Of a DNA stretch of 64,000 nucleotides, positions 47,524 to 56,613 are shown piece by piece. How positions within the stretch are numbered: the first letter of the stretch is position 1; the number at the start of each line of letters is the position of its first letter. The notes below the pieces were generated by a model. The model was not told the origin of the DNA. It was given only the letters and a program-made list of their open reading frames with translations, and ran no database searches. Origin of the DNA: Oligoflexales bacterium (GTDB taxonomy: Bacteria > Bdellovibrionota_B > Oligoflexia > Oligoflexales > JAPPIL01); assembly GCA_965226195.1 (NCBI GenBank), contig OZ245333.1:2087127-2151126 (forward strand), written 5' to 3'. The position numbers were made by a program, and so were the translations under genes.

Positions 47524-48157
47524 CCTCGCCGATCAACGCCTGCAAGCGCACAAACACCGTTTCCTCCGCCTGTGCCGCATCAATCTCCGTCAGCAACTCT
47601 CGCTGCGCATAAAAATTCAACAGCGGCTCGGTCTCCTCACGGTAAACCTGCAAACGCCGCTCAATCTTCTCCACCATATCATCGCTGCGCTGTTCTAGTC
47701 CCCCGCCACATGTATCACAGACACCAGTCTGTCGCGGCAGATGGCTTTGTAAGTGATAGACGGCTTGACATTGTGGACATACTCTGCGTCCCGCAATGCG
47801 TGCCACGATCTTCTTATCACCAATACGCAAAAGAATAAACATTGCCACGGGAAATTCAGCCTGCAGCGTTTCAAGATCATGTGCCTGCTGCTGCGTGCGC
47901 GGATACCCATCAAGCACTACTCGTGCCGTGCCAAAATACCGCACCGCCGCCTTGACTATCTCAAACAAAACAGGATCGGGAACAAGTTCACCCCGTGCCA
48001 TAAGCGCCTCTGCCTGCTGACCAACCTTCGTGCCTGCTTTCACCGCCGCTCGCAACGCATCACCAGTTGACAATTTCTTAAACTGCATCCTCTGCACCAA
48101 CATATCCGATTGCGTCCCCTTACCAGCCCCCGGCGGGCCGCTGAGGAGGTAAATCAC
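47510..48157 (-). CDS. adk: Adenylate kinase (zinc-lid type)
   Basis: P-loop [10 protein letters not shown] and lid cysteines CPQC...CDTC. Confidence 0.93.
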   Translation of the reverse strand: MIYLLSGPPGAGKGTQSDMLVQRMQFKKLSTGDALRAAVKAGTKVGQQAEALMARGELVPDPVLFEIVKAAVRYFGTARVVLDGYPRTQQQAHDLETLQAEFPVAMFILLRIGDKKIVARIAGRRVCPQCQAVYHLQSHLPRQTGVCDTCGGGLEQRSDDMVEKIERRLQVYREETEPLLNFYAQRELLTEIDAAQAEETVFVRLQALIGEDGDA

Positions 48158-49509
48158 AACCGCCCCCCGCGTGAGCGGATGGTGTTCTTTTTCAAAAAAG
48201 CATCGTAACGCAACGACTGCCGCTGTGATTCAATTTGTCGAAAGGTATCCAACGCCACCCCGACTACAATCAACAAGCTCGTGCCGCCAAAGAAAAACTG
48301 AATGCTGAACTTGCCCGTCAAAATCACAGGCAATACACACACTGCTGACAAATAGATCGCCCCCCATAACACTAGTCGGGTAACAACCTTATTGATGTAC
48401 TCCGCCGTGCGTCCCCCCGGTCGGATACCGGGCACGAAGCCACCATATTTTTTCAAATTTTCCGCAATATCGTCAGACTTGAACGTGATTGAGGTGTAAA
48501 AAAAGGTGAAGAAAATTATCAGTGATACATAAACCGAATTGTAAAGCCATTCGCCGGGGCCGAAAACACTGTTCAAGAAATCTCCTATCCACGAATTGGG
48601 ATACAACGCTCCCATCGTCACGGGAAACTGCAACATCGAGCTAGCAAAAATAGGCGGAATTACGCCAGCAGGATTGACCCGCACAGGCAAGTGCGTGTTC
48701 TGCCCGCCGTAGATACGTTTCCCAACCTGCCGCTTAGCATACTGCACAGGTATCTGCCGTGCTGCCTGCTCGACATAGACCACTCCCGCAACTACGACAA
48801 TGACGACAAAGAGGATTATCACGATGCGAAACAAGTCGAGCTGCGCACTCGTATATTGCGTGTAGGTATTGCCAATTAAGCCCGGCAAACCTGCGACGAT
48901 ACCTGCAAAAATTATCAACGAAATACCATTACCAACCCCACGCTCGGTAATCTGTTCGCCCAACCACATTACAAAGGCCGTGCCCGCAGTCAGCGACAGA
49001 GTTGTGTTCAACTTCCAACCGAGACCACCACTGATAACCAAACTGCGTCCAAGAAAATTCGAGCCTTCCAGTGTGTTGGCAATCATGAACCCCTGAATCA
49101 CCGCCAAGATAATTGTGCCATAACGTGTGTATTGGTTGATTTTTTTGCGGCCTGCATCGCCTTCCTTTGACAAAGCTTCCAGCTGTGGCACGACTACCGT
49201 CAACAGCTGTGAAATAATGGAAGCGGAAATATACGGCATCACCCCCAGTGCAAAGACGCTGAAGCGTTCCAATGCACCGCCAGAAAACATGTTAAACATG
49301 CCAAGGAGGTTGCCACCTTGCTGATCGAAGAACTCAGCTAGTGCTACTGTATCCACACCGGGGATAGGAATATGCACGCCGATACGATAGACCGCGAGAA
49401 ACGCCAGCGTGAACAAAATCTTGCGTTGCAAGTGATTTAATTTTCCCGCCGGCAGGCTGCTGACAAGATTCACAGATATCCCTTCACGACAACTCCCGAC
49501 ATTGCCCAC
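48154..49509 (-). CDS. secY: Preprotein translocase subunit SecY
   Basis: A 10-TM ORF with ...AVYRIGVHIPIPGVD, in the conserved position after rplO. The start is ambiguous between the ATG at 49509 and the GTG at 49473. Confidence 0.92.
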   Translation of the reverse strand: MGNVGSCREGISVNLVSSLPAGKLNHLQRKILFTLAFLAVYRIGVHIPIPGVDTVALAEFFDQQGGNLLGMFNMFSGGALERFSVFALGVMPYISASIISQLLTVVVPQLEALSKEGDAGRKKINQYTRYGTIILAVIQGFMIANTLEGSNFLGRSLVISGGLGWKLNTTLSLTAGTAFVMWLGEQITERGVGNGISLIIFAGIVAGLPGLIGNTYTQYTSAQLDLFRIVIILFVVIVVVAGVVYVEQAARQIPVQYAKRQVGKRIYGGQNTHLPVRVNPAGVIPPIFASSMLQFPVTMGALYPNSWIGDFLNSVFGPGEWLYNSVYVSLIIFFTFFYTSITFKSDDIAENLKKYGGFVPGIRPGGRTAEYINKVVTRLVLWGAIYLSAVCVLPVILTGKFSIQFFFGGTSLLIVVGVALDTFRQIESQRQSLRYDAFLKKNTIRSRGGRL

Positions 49510-49933
49510 CTGCAGCGGTGATCGCTTCCCGCGCCCCTTTGCTGAACTTATGCGCTGAGACGATCAAACTGCGATCAAGCTTACCACCCGCCAGAATTTT
49601 TAGTTTTTTGTTTTTGCTCAACGATACCAGCTTCTTCTCCTTCAGCTGTGCCGTGCCGATTTCTGTGCCCGCCTCGAAACAGTTGAGCCTCTCTACAGGC
49701 AACACCTCATAGTTAGTTCTGAAGATGTTACGAAAACCACGCTTCGGCAAACGTCGATAGAGCGGAGTCTGCCCGCCCTCAAAACCACAGGCAATCTTCC
49801 CGCCACGCCGTGCCGTCTGACCCTTGTGTCCCTTGCCTGCTGTCTTGCCTGTGCCTGAGCCGATACCACGTCCCAAACGTTTGCGGGCATGCTTCGCTCC
49901 TGCATTAGGGCGCAATTCCTGCAAGGTAATCAC
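49484..49933 (-). CDS. rplO: 50S ribosomal protein L15 (uL15)
   Basis: LQELRPNAGAKHARKRLGRGIGSGTGKTAGKGHKGQ matches uL15. Confidence 0.95.
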   Translation of the reverse strand: MITLQELRPNAGAKHARKRLGRGIGSGTGKTAGKGHKGQTARRGGKIACGFEGGQTPLYRRLPKRGFRNIFRTNYEVLPVERLNCFEAGTEIGTAQLKEKKLVSLSKNKKLKILAGGKLDRSLIVSAHKFSKGAREAITAAGGQCRELS

Positions 49934-50139
49934 GATACACCCCGTGCATCTTCTTTGTCCGTCAACAACTCGTATTCAAGCAAGTGATTTGCCTTGTTGA
50001 TCATGCCACGTATGCAGTTAGTGTCTTTTTTTACCACACTGTGCCTGATACGCCGCAAACCGAGTGCCCGCACGACACGCCTCATTTTCTGCGGCTGCCC
50101 AATCAGACTGCGTTTCTGCCGAATCAAAATCTTGCTCAT
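49930..50139 (-). CDS. rpmD: 50S ribosomal protein L30 (uL30)
   Basis: MSKILIRQKRSLIGQPQKMRRVVRALGLRRI matches uL30. The start is set at the ATG at 50139, just after the rpsE stop. Confidence 0.9.
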   Translation of the reverse strand: MSKILIRQKRSLIGQPQKMRRVVRALGLRRIRHSVVKKDTNCIRGMINKANHLLEYELLTDKEDARGVS

Positions 50140-50140
50140 C

Positions 50141-50680
50141 TCACGTTCCTCCACCAATACCTAGCGTAAAATGCTCAACCGACTTGTCCCGAAACGCGGC
50201 ATACTCGGCGATCGAAATCATCTGTGTCAAGCCATCCATCGTTGCCCTGATGACATTGTGAAAATTCTTTGTGCCATGCACCTTGCAAACGATGTCGGAA
50301 ATTCCTGCCAGTTCAACGATAACCCGCACCGCACCACCAGCGATAATGCCCTTACCTTTACGCCCCGGATACATCAGTACCCGTGACGAGCCATGACAGC
50401 CAATCGCGGAGAATGGAATCGTGCCGTCAACAATAGCAATCTCGGTTAAGCTCTTGCGTGCCCGCTCAGCCCCTTTGCGAATTGCCTCTGGCACTTCGGT
50501 TGCTTTGCCCAAGCCATAGCCGACTTTGCTCACCCCGTCGCCGACCACTACCGAAGCACTGAAACTAAAACGACGACCGCCTTTCACTACTTTCGCTACC
50601 CGTGCGACGTGAATTACCCGATCTTGCAGCCCTTCGGTGACAGGCTCGCCGCCAACTCCAAACGGATTCTTATTGGTCAA
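50141..50680 (-). CDS. rpsE: 30S ribosomal protein S5 (uS5)
   Basis: RVAKVVKGGRRFSFSASVVVGD...GLGKATEVPEAIRKG matches uS5. Confidence 0.95.
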   Translation of the reverse strand: MTNKNPFGVGGEPVTEGLQDRVIHVARVAKVVKGGRRFSFSASVVVGDGVSKVGYGLGKATEVPEAIRKGAERARKSLTEIAIVDGTIPFSAIGCHGSSRVLMYPGRKGKGIIAGGAVRVIVELAGISDIVCKVHGTKNFHNVIRATMDGLTQMISIAEYAAFRDKSVEHFTLGIGGGT

Positions 50681-51066
50681 AACTTCACTCCCCCTTCACG
50701 CACGCCCTCTGCTAGAGCTTTTAGGCGACCGTGATAATTGCAGCCATTGCGATCGAAAACTACCGTCTTCACTTCTTTTGCCAAACACGCAGCAGCTAGT
50801 TTCTGCCCCAGCACTTTGCAGTTTGCGACGTTCGCCCGTGAGGCTGCGCCACGCTTTTTGCCGCTTTCGCGCTCCAAATCATCTTTGCCGAACGAACTCA
50901 CCGCCACCAACGTATGCTGCTTCACATCGTCGATCACCTGTGCATAGATGTGCCGTGCTGAACGAAACACCGACAGACGTGGGCGCTCCGTCGTGCCGCT
51001 GATTTTCTTGCGAATACGCTTCTTACGCCGCAACAGCAGCATTAGCTTAAGTGTCTGCTTCTTCAT
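50677..51066 (-). CDS. rplR: 50S ribosomal protein L18 (uL18) with an apparent internal repeat-unit insertion
   Basis: RPRLSVFRSARHIYAQVID...FDRNGCNYHGRLKALAEGVREGG matches uL18. The internal LERESGKKRG is encoded by the repeat core at 50854-50875. Confidence 0.93.
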   Translation of the reverse strand: MKKQTLKLMLLLRRKKRIRKKISGTTERPRLSVFRSARHIYAQVIDDVKQHTLVAVSSFGKDDLERESGKKRGAASRANVANCKVLGQKLAAACLAKEVKTVVFDRNGCNYHGRLKALAEGVREGGVKF

Positions 51067-51077
51067 ATATCCCTTGC

Positions 51078-51620
51078 CTACTTCTTAGTCCCAGACTTGC
51101 CGACTTTAGTGGCAATAACCTCGTCTTTATAGCGCACACCCTTGCCGTGATACGGCTCTGGCTTGCGAAAACTTCTGATAGTTGCCGCCGTGCGTCCGAC
51201 ATGCTCTTTGTTCGCACCGCTGACGACGATGTTGTTCTGCTTGCCCACCTGCACCGTCACGCCTTCCAGCGGCGTAAATTCAATCGGATGGCTGTAGCCC
51301 AGACTCAAATTCAACACCTTGCCCTTCATTGTCGCACGATAGCCAACTCCAACCATCAACAGCTCTTTAGTGAAACCTTCGGTAACACCGACTACCATGT
51401 TGTTGATCAAGGTGCGCATCAAGCCGTGAAATTTTTTGTTCTCCTTCACCTTCTCATGCAAAGTAACGAGCACCTTATCGCCATCACGGGTTACCACCGT
51501 GCGGGGATGAATCTTCTGCTCCAACGCACCCTTTGGCCCCTTGACCTTCACAACATCGTCGCTGATCTTGAGATCAACAGCACTCGGCAATGTAATTGGC
51601 AACTCACCTATACGTGACAT
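51078..51620 (-). CDS. rplF: 50S ribosomal protein L6 (uL6)
   Basis: MSRIGELPITLPSAVDLKI...GYSHPIEF...KPEPYHGKGVRY matches uL6. Confidence 0.95.
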   Translation of the reverse strand: MSRIGELPITLPSAVDLKISDDVVKVKGPKGALEQKIHPRTVVTRDGDKVLVTLHEKVKENKKFHGLMRTLINNMVVGVTEGFTKELLMVGVGYRATMKGKVLNLSLGYSHPIEFTPLEGVTVQVGKQNNIVVSGANKEHVGRTAATIRSFRKPEPYHGKGVRYKDEVIATKVGKSGTKK

Positions 51621-51631
51621 CTCTGCTCCTT

Positions 51632-51713
51632 ACTCCGCTCGTCGCAGGACTCTTTGCCACTTGCTAGCTCCTCACTCCGCTCGTCGCAGGACTCTTTGCC
51701 ACTTGCTAGCTCC
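51632..51713. repeat. Two tandem 42-bp units of the repeat family in the rpsH-rplF spacer
   Basis: actccgctcgtcgcaggactctttgccacttgctagctcctc is repeated at 51632 and 51674. Confidence 0.9.
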
Positions 51714-51714
51714 A

Positions 51715-52110
51715 TCAATACACCGAACACAACAGCTCTCCACCCGTGCCACGTCGCCGTGCTTCACGATCGGTCATGACACCCTGAGAAGTTGAAAGCA
51801 CGACGATACCAAAACCGTTCTTGATCAAGGGAATGTCCTCGCTCCCCACATAACGCCGACAACCGGGACTACTAATGCGTTTAATCTCTCTAATTACACC
51901 GTTCAACGGGTCACGATACTTTAGCGTGATCTTCAACAAACCCTGCTTGCCATCACGAATACAGCGGTAGTTTTTGACAAAACCTTCTTGCCTGAGAATA
52001 TGTGCAATGGCAATCTTTATCCGCGACGCGGGCATACTTACCACCTCGTTACACGCCCGCTGCCCGTTACGAATACGAGTGAGAAAATCAGCAATAGGAT
52101 CAGTATTCAC
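51715..52110 (-). CDS. rpsH: 30S ribosomal protein S8 (uS8)
   Basis: DPIADFLTRIRNGQRA... matches uS8. Confidence 0.95.
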   Translation of the reverse strand: MNTDPIADFLTRIRNGQRACNEVVSMPASRIKIAIAHILRQEGFVKNYRCIRDGKQGLLKITLKYRDPLNGVIREIKRISSPGCRRYVGSEDIPLIKNGFGIVVLSTSQGVMTDREARRRGTGGELLCSVY

Positions 52111-52124
52111 AGCTTAAAAACCCC

Positions 52125-52310
52125 TTACCACGATGCTTTCTTAACGCCGGGCAACAATCCACTCAACGCCATCAGCCGAAAACAGATGCGGCAAATCAAA
52201 AACTTACGGTAAACCGCCTTCGAGCGCCCACAACGACTACAGCGTGTGTAAGCACGGGAAGAAAACTTAGGTTTACGACTTGCCTTTGCAATCAAAGATT
52301 TACGTGCCAA
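52125..52310 (-). CDS. rpsN: 30S ribosomal protein S14, short zinc-binding type (uS14)
   Basis: A 61-aa ORF with CSRCGR...CRIC, i.e. type-Z S14. Confidence 0.93.
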   Translation of the reverse strand: MARKSLIAKASRKPKFSSRAYTRCSRCGRSKAVYRKFLICRICFRLMALSGLLPGVKKASW

Positions 52311-52320
52311 ACGCTGCCCC

Positions 52321-52881
52321 TTAATTCTTTTTGAACGGAAATTTAAACCGATCTAGCAAAGCTTTTGCTGTTATATCGTTTTCAGCAGAAGTGACAATAG
52401 TTATCGACAGACCGCTGATTTTTTCGACTTTATCGTAATCTATTTCAGGAAAAATAATCTGCTCGACAATACCCAGCGAGTAATTTCCTCGCCCATCGAA
52501 CGACTTGGGTGGATAACCACGAAAGTCACGAATACGAGGCACGGCAATGTTAATCAGCCGATAGAGGAACTCATACATCCTGTCATGACGCAAGGTCACC
52601 ATGCAACCAATCGGCATGCCATCACGGATCTTGAAACCAGCAATACTTTTCTTCGCTCGCCGCACGGCTGCCTTCTGCCCGGTAATACGGGCTAATTCCT
52701 GCAACGAGCTGTCGAGTGCCTTGACGTTCTGCGCTGCCTCACCTTTGCCGATGTTGGCAACGATCTTCTGCAAACGCGGCACTTGCATGGCGTTATTCAA
52801 CCCCAACTCTTGCTGCAACTCGCGGCGAAACTGCGTATATGCTTGCTTGAGCGCGGGCACGTGTGCTGCTTGCTTTGCCAT
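52321..52881 (-). CDS. rplE: 50S ribosomal protein L5 (uL5)
   Basis: [20 protein letters not shown]...RDFRG...[11 protein letters not shown] matches uL5. Confidence 0.95.
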   Translation of the reverse strand: MAKQAAHVPALKQAYTQFRRELQQELGLNNAMQVPRLQKIVANIGKGEAAQNVKALDSSLQELARITGQKAAVRRAKKSIAGFKIRDGMPIGCMVTLRHDRMYEFLYRLINIAVPRIRDFRGYPPKSFDGRGNYSLGIVEQIIFPEIDYDKVEKISGLSITIVTSAENDITAKALLDRFKFPFKKN

Positions 52882-53250
52882 CTACACTACCTCCGGTGCC
52901 AGCGATGCAATTTTGATAAAGCCGCGGTTGCGAATTTCACGTGCCACAGGGCCGAAAATACGCGTCCCAATTGGCTCGTTGTCCTTGTTGACCAGCACGC
53001 AGGCATTCTCGTCGAACTTAATCGTCGTGCCATCCTTGCGCTGCACTTCTTTCTTGGTGCGCACGACCACTGCCCGCTGCACGCTGCCTTTCTTGGTCTT
53101 GCTGCCCGGCAGCACCTCACGCACCGAGACGATGATAATATCGCCGGGTGCGGCATAACGTCGGTTCGTGCCGCCCGGAATTTTGAAACATTTCAAACGC
53201 CGCGCGCCTGAATTGTCCCCGCTCTGCAGAATGCTTTCCATTTGAATCAT
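52882..53250 (-). CDS. rplN: 50S ribosomal protein L14 (uL14)
   Basis: [24 protein letters not shown]...GPVAREIR matches uL14. Its TAG is immediately followed by the rplE ATG. Confidence 0.95.
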   Translation of the reverse strand: MIQMESILQSGDNSGARRLKCFKIPGGTNRRYAAPGDIIIVSVREVLPGSKTKKGSVQRAVVVRTKKEVQRKDGTTIKFDENACVLVNKDNEPIGTRIFGPVAREIRNRGFIKIASLAPEVV

Positions 53251-53576
53251 CTTGTCGCCACCCTTATGATTTCCAGCAGATTAAAGCTTTTGCGCTTGCT
53301 GCGTGGCCGACAGGGACGCACCAGCACCTCATCACCAAGCTGCGACTTGTTATCCTCATCGTGAAAGAGAATCTTCGTCGTGCGCTTAATATATTTGCGA
53401 TAGATAGGATGCTTGACCAAACGCTCAATCTTCAACGTGCGGGTCTTCGACAACGCCGCACTGATCACTACGCCTTTCAGCGTCTTGATGCGCGCTTTGC
53501 CTGCTTCGCTCGGCTTTTTGCCGCTTTCTGCTTCGCAGGACTCTTTGCCGCTTGCTCGCTCCGCTTCACTCGTCAC
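53247..53576 (-). CDS. rpsQ: 30S ribosomal protein S17 (uS17) with a repeat-derived N-terminal extension of about 25 aa
   Basis: The core [44 protein letters not shown] matches uS17. The N-terminal [26 protein letters not shown] is encoded by repeat units. The only in-frame start I can find is the GTG at 53576, which overlaps the rpmC end. Confidence 0.9.
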   Translation of the reverse strand: MTSEAERASGKESCEAESGKKPSEAGKARIKTLKGVVISAALSKTRTLKIERLVKHPIYRKYIKRTTKILFHDEDNKSQLGDEVLVRPCRPRSKRKSFNLLEIIRVATR

Positions 53577-53793
53577 GCTGCACCTCCTGTGTCGTTGTCA
53601 GTGTTTCCACCGTACCCGATGTCTTGCGTTCTTGCTGTTCGGTGCGAATGGTAAGCACGCGTGCCAGCACCCGCCGCAACTTGCGCTGCTGTCCGATATT
53701 TATTCCTTCTTTGTTGAGTGGTGCACGCAACTTGGCTATCGCAAGCTGTTCACGCACGTTCTCCTCTGTCTCTTTCATGTCGGCAGCACTCAT
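53566..53793 (-). CDS. rpmC: 50S ribosomal protein L29 (uL29)
   Basis: MSAADMKETEENVREQLAIAKLR...QRKLRRVLARVLT matches uL29. The start choice is tentative and the C-terminal tail is longer than usual. Confidence 0.85.
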   Translation of the reverse strand: MSAADMKETEENVREQLAIAKLRAPLNKEGINIGQQRKLRRVLARVLTIRTEQQERKTSGTVETLTTTQEVQRDE

Positions 53794-53818
53794 CTTTCTT
53801 ATTTCCACTGTCGTCAGT

Positions 53819-54259
53819 TTAGCTAGCTCCACGTGCCTGCTCCCATACATCTGTGTTCCGCATCAACAAACGTGTCTTGAAGGGCAGTTTCGAGCCTGCC
53901 AGCGTCAAAGCACGCGCGGCAATGTCGGCACTGACATCTGCCATCTCGTAGAGAATCAAGCCCGGCGCAACGGGCGAGACATAGTGATCGACCGCACCTT
54001 TGCCACTACCCATGCGTGTCTCTGCCGCTTTCTTGGTCACTGGCTTGTGAGGAAAAACTTTAATCCACACCTTACCACCACGCCGAATGTGACGCGTCAT
54101 AGCAATACGTGCTGCTTCAATCTGCCGTGCCGTGATGTAACCCGATTCGGTTGCCATCAGTCCGTAACTGCCAAACGCCAACTCCGTGCCACCCTTGCTG
54201 TTGCCTTTGATGCGCACCTTATGCGTCTTGCGAAATTTCATTTTTTTTGGTGCTAACAA
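53819..54259 (-). CDS. rplP: 50S ribosomal protein L16 (uL16)
   Basis: MLAPKKMKFRKTHKVRIKG...RMGSGKGAVD matches uL16. Confidence 0.95.
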   Translation of the reverse strand: MLAPKKMKFRKTHKVRIKGNSKGGTELAFGSYGLMATESGYITARQIEAARIAMTRHIRRGGKVWIKVFPHKPVTKKAAETRMGSGKGAVDHYVSPVAPGLILYEMADVSADIAARALTLAGSKLPFKTRLLMRNTDVWEQARGAS

Positions 54260-54274
54260 CGCGACACTCCCTAT

Positions 54275-54910
54275 CTAACGCAAGACTTCTTCGCGGAAAA
54301 TCCACACCTTGATGCCAATCAAACCATACGTGGTCAATGCCTCCGCCGTGCCATAATCGATGTCAGCACGGATAGTATGCAGTGGCACACGTCCCTCTTT
54401 ATACTGCTCAACACGCGACATCTCTGCCCCACCGAGTCGGCCGCGGCAGGTAATCTTCACGCCTCGTGCTCCTGCCTTCATAGTGTTGGCGAGTGCTTTC
54501 TTCATTGCCCGTCGAAAGGAAACCCGCCGCACCAACTGCTGGCGAATGTTGTCGGCAACCAAGCGGGCCGACAGGTTGGGTTTCTTGACTTCGTAGACGT
54601 TGAGAATCGGCTCGCCTGAGCGCACCTGACAAAGTTTGGTCAGCTCGGCTTTCAAGCTTTCTGCCCCTGCACCCTTCTTGCCGATAATTATCCCCGGTCG
54701 GCTGCTGTAGATGTTGACTTTCAAGCTCTTCGCCGCGCGTTCGATTTCAATGCGATCGATGCCAGTCATCTCAAATTTTTTCTCGATAAAGGCACGGATA
54801 CGCATGTCCTCCTTCAGTAATTCGGCGTAATTGCGATCGGCAAACCAGCGCGAAAACCAGCTGCTGTTGATGCCAAGCCGAAAACCGATGGGGTTGACCT
54901 TTTGCCCCAT
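54275..54910 (-). CDS. rpsC: 30S ribosomal protein S3 (uS3)
   Basis: MGQKVNPIGFRLGI...KH-domain...GRLGGAEMSR matches uS3. Confidence 0.95.
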   Translation of the reverse strand: MGQKVNPIGFRLGINSSWFSRWFADRNYAELLKEDMRIRAFIEKKFEMTGIDRIEIERAAKSLKVNIYSSRPGIIIGKKGAGAESLKAELTKLCQVRSGEPILNVYEVKKPNLSARLVADNIRQQLVRRVSFRRAMKKALANTMKAGARGVKITCRGRLGGAEMSRVEQYKEGRVPLHTIRADIDYGTAEALTTYGLIGIKVWIFREEVLR

Positions 54911-55248
54911 TACAGTTCCTCCAGTTTCAAGACGATGTGCGAAGTACGTTTCCTTATCGGTGAAGCTCGCCCCCGTGCTCGCGGAATAAAACGCCGCAGT
55001 GTCGGGCCTTCCTCGACAAAAATTTCTTTTACCACCAGCCGCTCCTCGTCGATCGTTGCCGTGCTGCGTATATTGGACAGAGCCGAATCCAACAGTTTAG
55101 CTACAATGGGTGCGCTCTTCTTGTGTGTCGTGCGTAACATGTTACGCGCGGTCTGCACATGCTTGCCACGCACGAGGTTAGCAACCAAGCGTGCCTTGCG
55201 TGGTGCGATGCGGAAATTGCGCAATTTAGCCGTGTATGCCGCTGGCAT
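54910..55248 (-). CDS. rplV: 50S ribosomal protein L22 (uL22)
   Basis: AKLRNFRIAPRKARLVANLVRGK...RRFIPRARGRASPIRKRTSHI matches uL22. Confidence 0.95.
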   Translation of the reverse strand: MPAAYTAKLRNFRIAPRKARLVANLVRGKHVQTARNMLRTTHKKSAPIVAKLLDSALSNIRSTATIDEERLVVKEIFVEEGPTLRRFIPRARGRASPIRKRTSHIVLKLEEL

Positions 55249-55250
55249 GG

Positions 55251-55526
55251 TTATTTCTTCCCTTTCTTGCCTTTGTCGTCGCCGTGACCATGATACGTGC
55301 GCGTCGGAGAAAACTCACCCAGCTTGTGTCCCACCATGTTCTCCGTAACGTAGACGGGGATAAACTTTTTGCCATTATGCACCGCAAAAGTCAAGCCCAC
55401 AAAGCTCGGAATGATCATTGAACGCCGACTCCAAGTTTTGATTGGCTTCTTGTCCTGACGCGCCTTCTCTGCTTTTTTTAGCAGATAATCGGCAACAAAG
55501 GGATCTTTTTTTACCGAACGTGGCAC
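55251..55526 (-). CDS. rpsS: 30S ribosomal protein S19 (uS19)
   Basis: [11 protein letters not shown]...[28 protein letters not shown] matches uS19. Confidence 0.95.
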   Translation of the reverse strand: MPRSVKKDPFVADYLLKKAEKARQDKKPIKTWSRRSMIIPSFVGLTFAVHNGKKFIPVYVTENMVGHKLGEFSPTRTYHGHGDDKGKKGKK

Positions 55527-56323
55527 TATTTAGCTCCTCTTCTACGAATAATGTCCTTAGTGGTGCGCTTGTTATGCCTCGTCTTGTAACCTTTCGTTGG
55601 TTTCGACCAAGGGGTAACAGGATGCCGACCACCAGAGGTTTTGCCCTCACCGCCGCCATGTGGGTGATCGACAGGGTTCATTGCTACACCTCGCACCTTC
55701 GGTCGATGTCCGAGCCAACGCCTGCGTCCTGCTTTGCCGTAATTGATGTTGCTGTGTTCAGCATTGCTGACCGTGCCGACCGTTGCCAGACAAGCCTCTG
55801 GCACACGACGCATCTCGCCACTCGGTAATTTCAACTGTGCATTGCCATCGACCCGCCCGACCAACTGGCAAGATGCGCCAGCACCACGACCGAGTTGCCC
55901 GCCTTTGCCCGGCTTCATTTCGATGTTGTGGATGACTGTGCCAAAAGGAATGCGACTCAACGGCAGTGTATTACCTGCCTTAATCGGGGCTTTGGGCGAG
56001 GAGACGACAGTCATGCCTTCCTTCAATTTCATCGGAGCAAGAATGTAACGGCGCTCACCGTCATGGTAGAGAATGCGAGCGATAAACGAAGTGCGGTTGG
56101 GATCATATTCGATCGTCTCCACTTTGCCCGGCACTTCAAACTTATTGCGCTTAAAATCGATGACACGATAGAGACGCTTGTGCCCTCCGCCACGATGCCG
56201 CACCGTCACACGTCCGTTGCTGTTACGCCCTGCTTTTTTGTTAAGCTTAGCCAACAATGGTTTGAAAGCCGCAACCTTGCTCAATGGTCGGTAATCAACA
56301 CTTGATGCGCCGCGCTTGCCCAT
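55526..56323 (-). CDS. rplB: 50S ribosomal protein L2 (uL2)
   Basis: [23 protein letters not shown]...[12 protein letters not shown] matches uL2. Confidence 0.95.
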   Translation of the reverse strand: MGKRGASSVDYRPLSKVAAFKPLLAKLNKKAGRNSNGRVTVRHRGGGHKRLYRVIDFKRNKFEVPGKVETIEYDPNRTSFIARILYHDGERRYILAPMKLKEGMTVVSSPKAPIKAGNTLPLSRIPFGTVIHNIEMKPGKGGQLGRGAGASCQLVGRVDGNAQLKLPSGEMRRVPEACLATVGTVSNAEHSNINYGKAGRRRWLGHRPKVRGVAMNPVDHPHGGGEGKTSGGRHPVTPWSKPTKGYKTRHNKRTTKDIIRRRGAK

Positions 56324-56325
56324 CG

Positions 56326-56613
56326 CTAATTATCCTCAAACATTGTGATCGTCTGCCCTTGCTCAAGGGTGATGTAGGCTTTCTTGTAATTCTTACGCTT
56401 GCTAACGTGCATGCCACGTCGCTTAACCGCACCGCGCACGATACAGCTGTTGACGTGTGTCACTTTGACATCAAACAGGCTCTCGACCGCACGCTTGATA
56501 TCGGCTTTACTGGCCTTCAGAGCAGTTTTGAACAGATACTTGTTGTTATTCTCGCGCAACTTGCCGCTTTTTTCGGAGACGATGGGTTTTTCCAGCACGG
56601 CAAAACGGTTCAT
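56326..56613 (-). CDS. rplW: 50S ribosomal protein L23 (uL23)
   Basis: PIVSEKS......[24 protein letters not shown] matches uL23. Confidence 0.93.
   Translation of the reverse strand: MNRFAVLEKPIVSEKSGKLRENNNKYLFKTALKASKADIKRAVESLFDVKVTHVNSCIVRGAVKRRGMHVSKRKNYKKAYITLEQGQTITMFEDN

Noticed and set aside
49473-49509. Precise secY start (ATG at 49509 overlapping rplO by 26 nt, versus GTG at 49473)
   Set aside because: This cannot be resolved from sequence alone, so the longer ORF is reported with the ambiguity noted.
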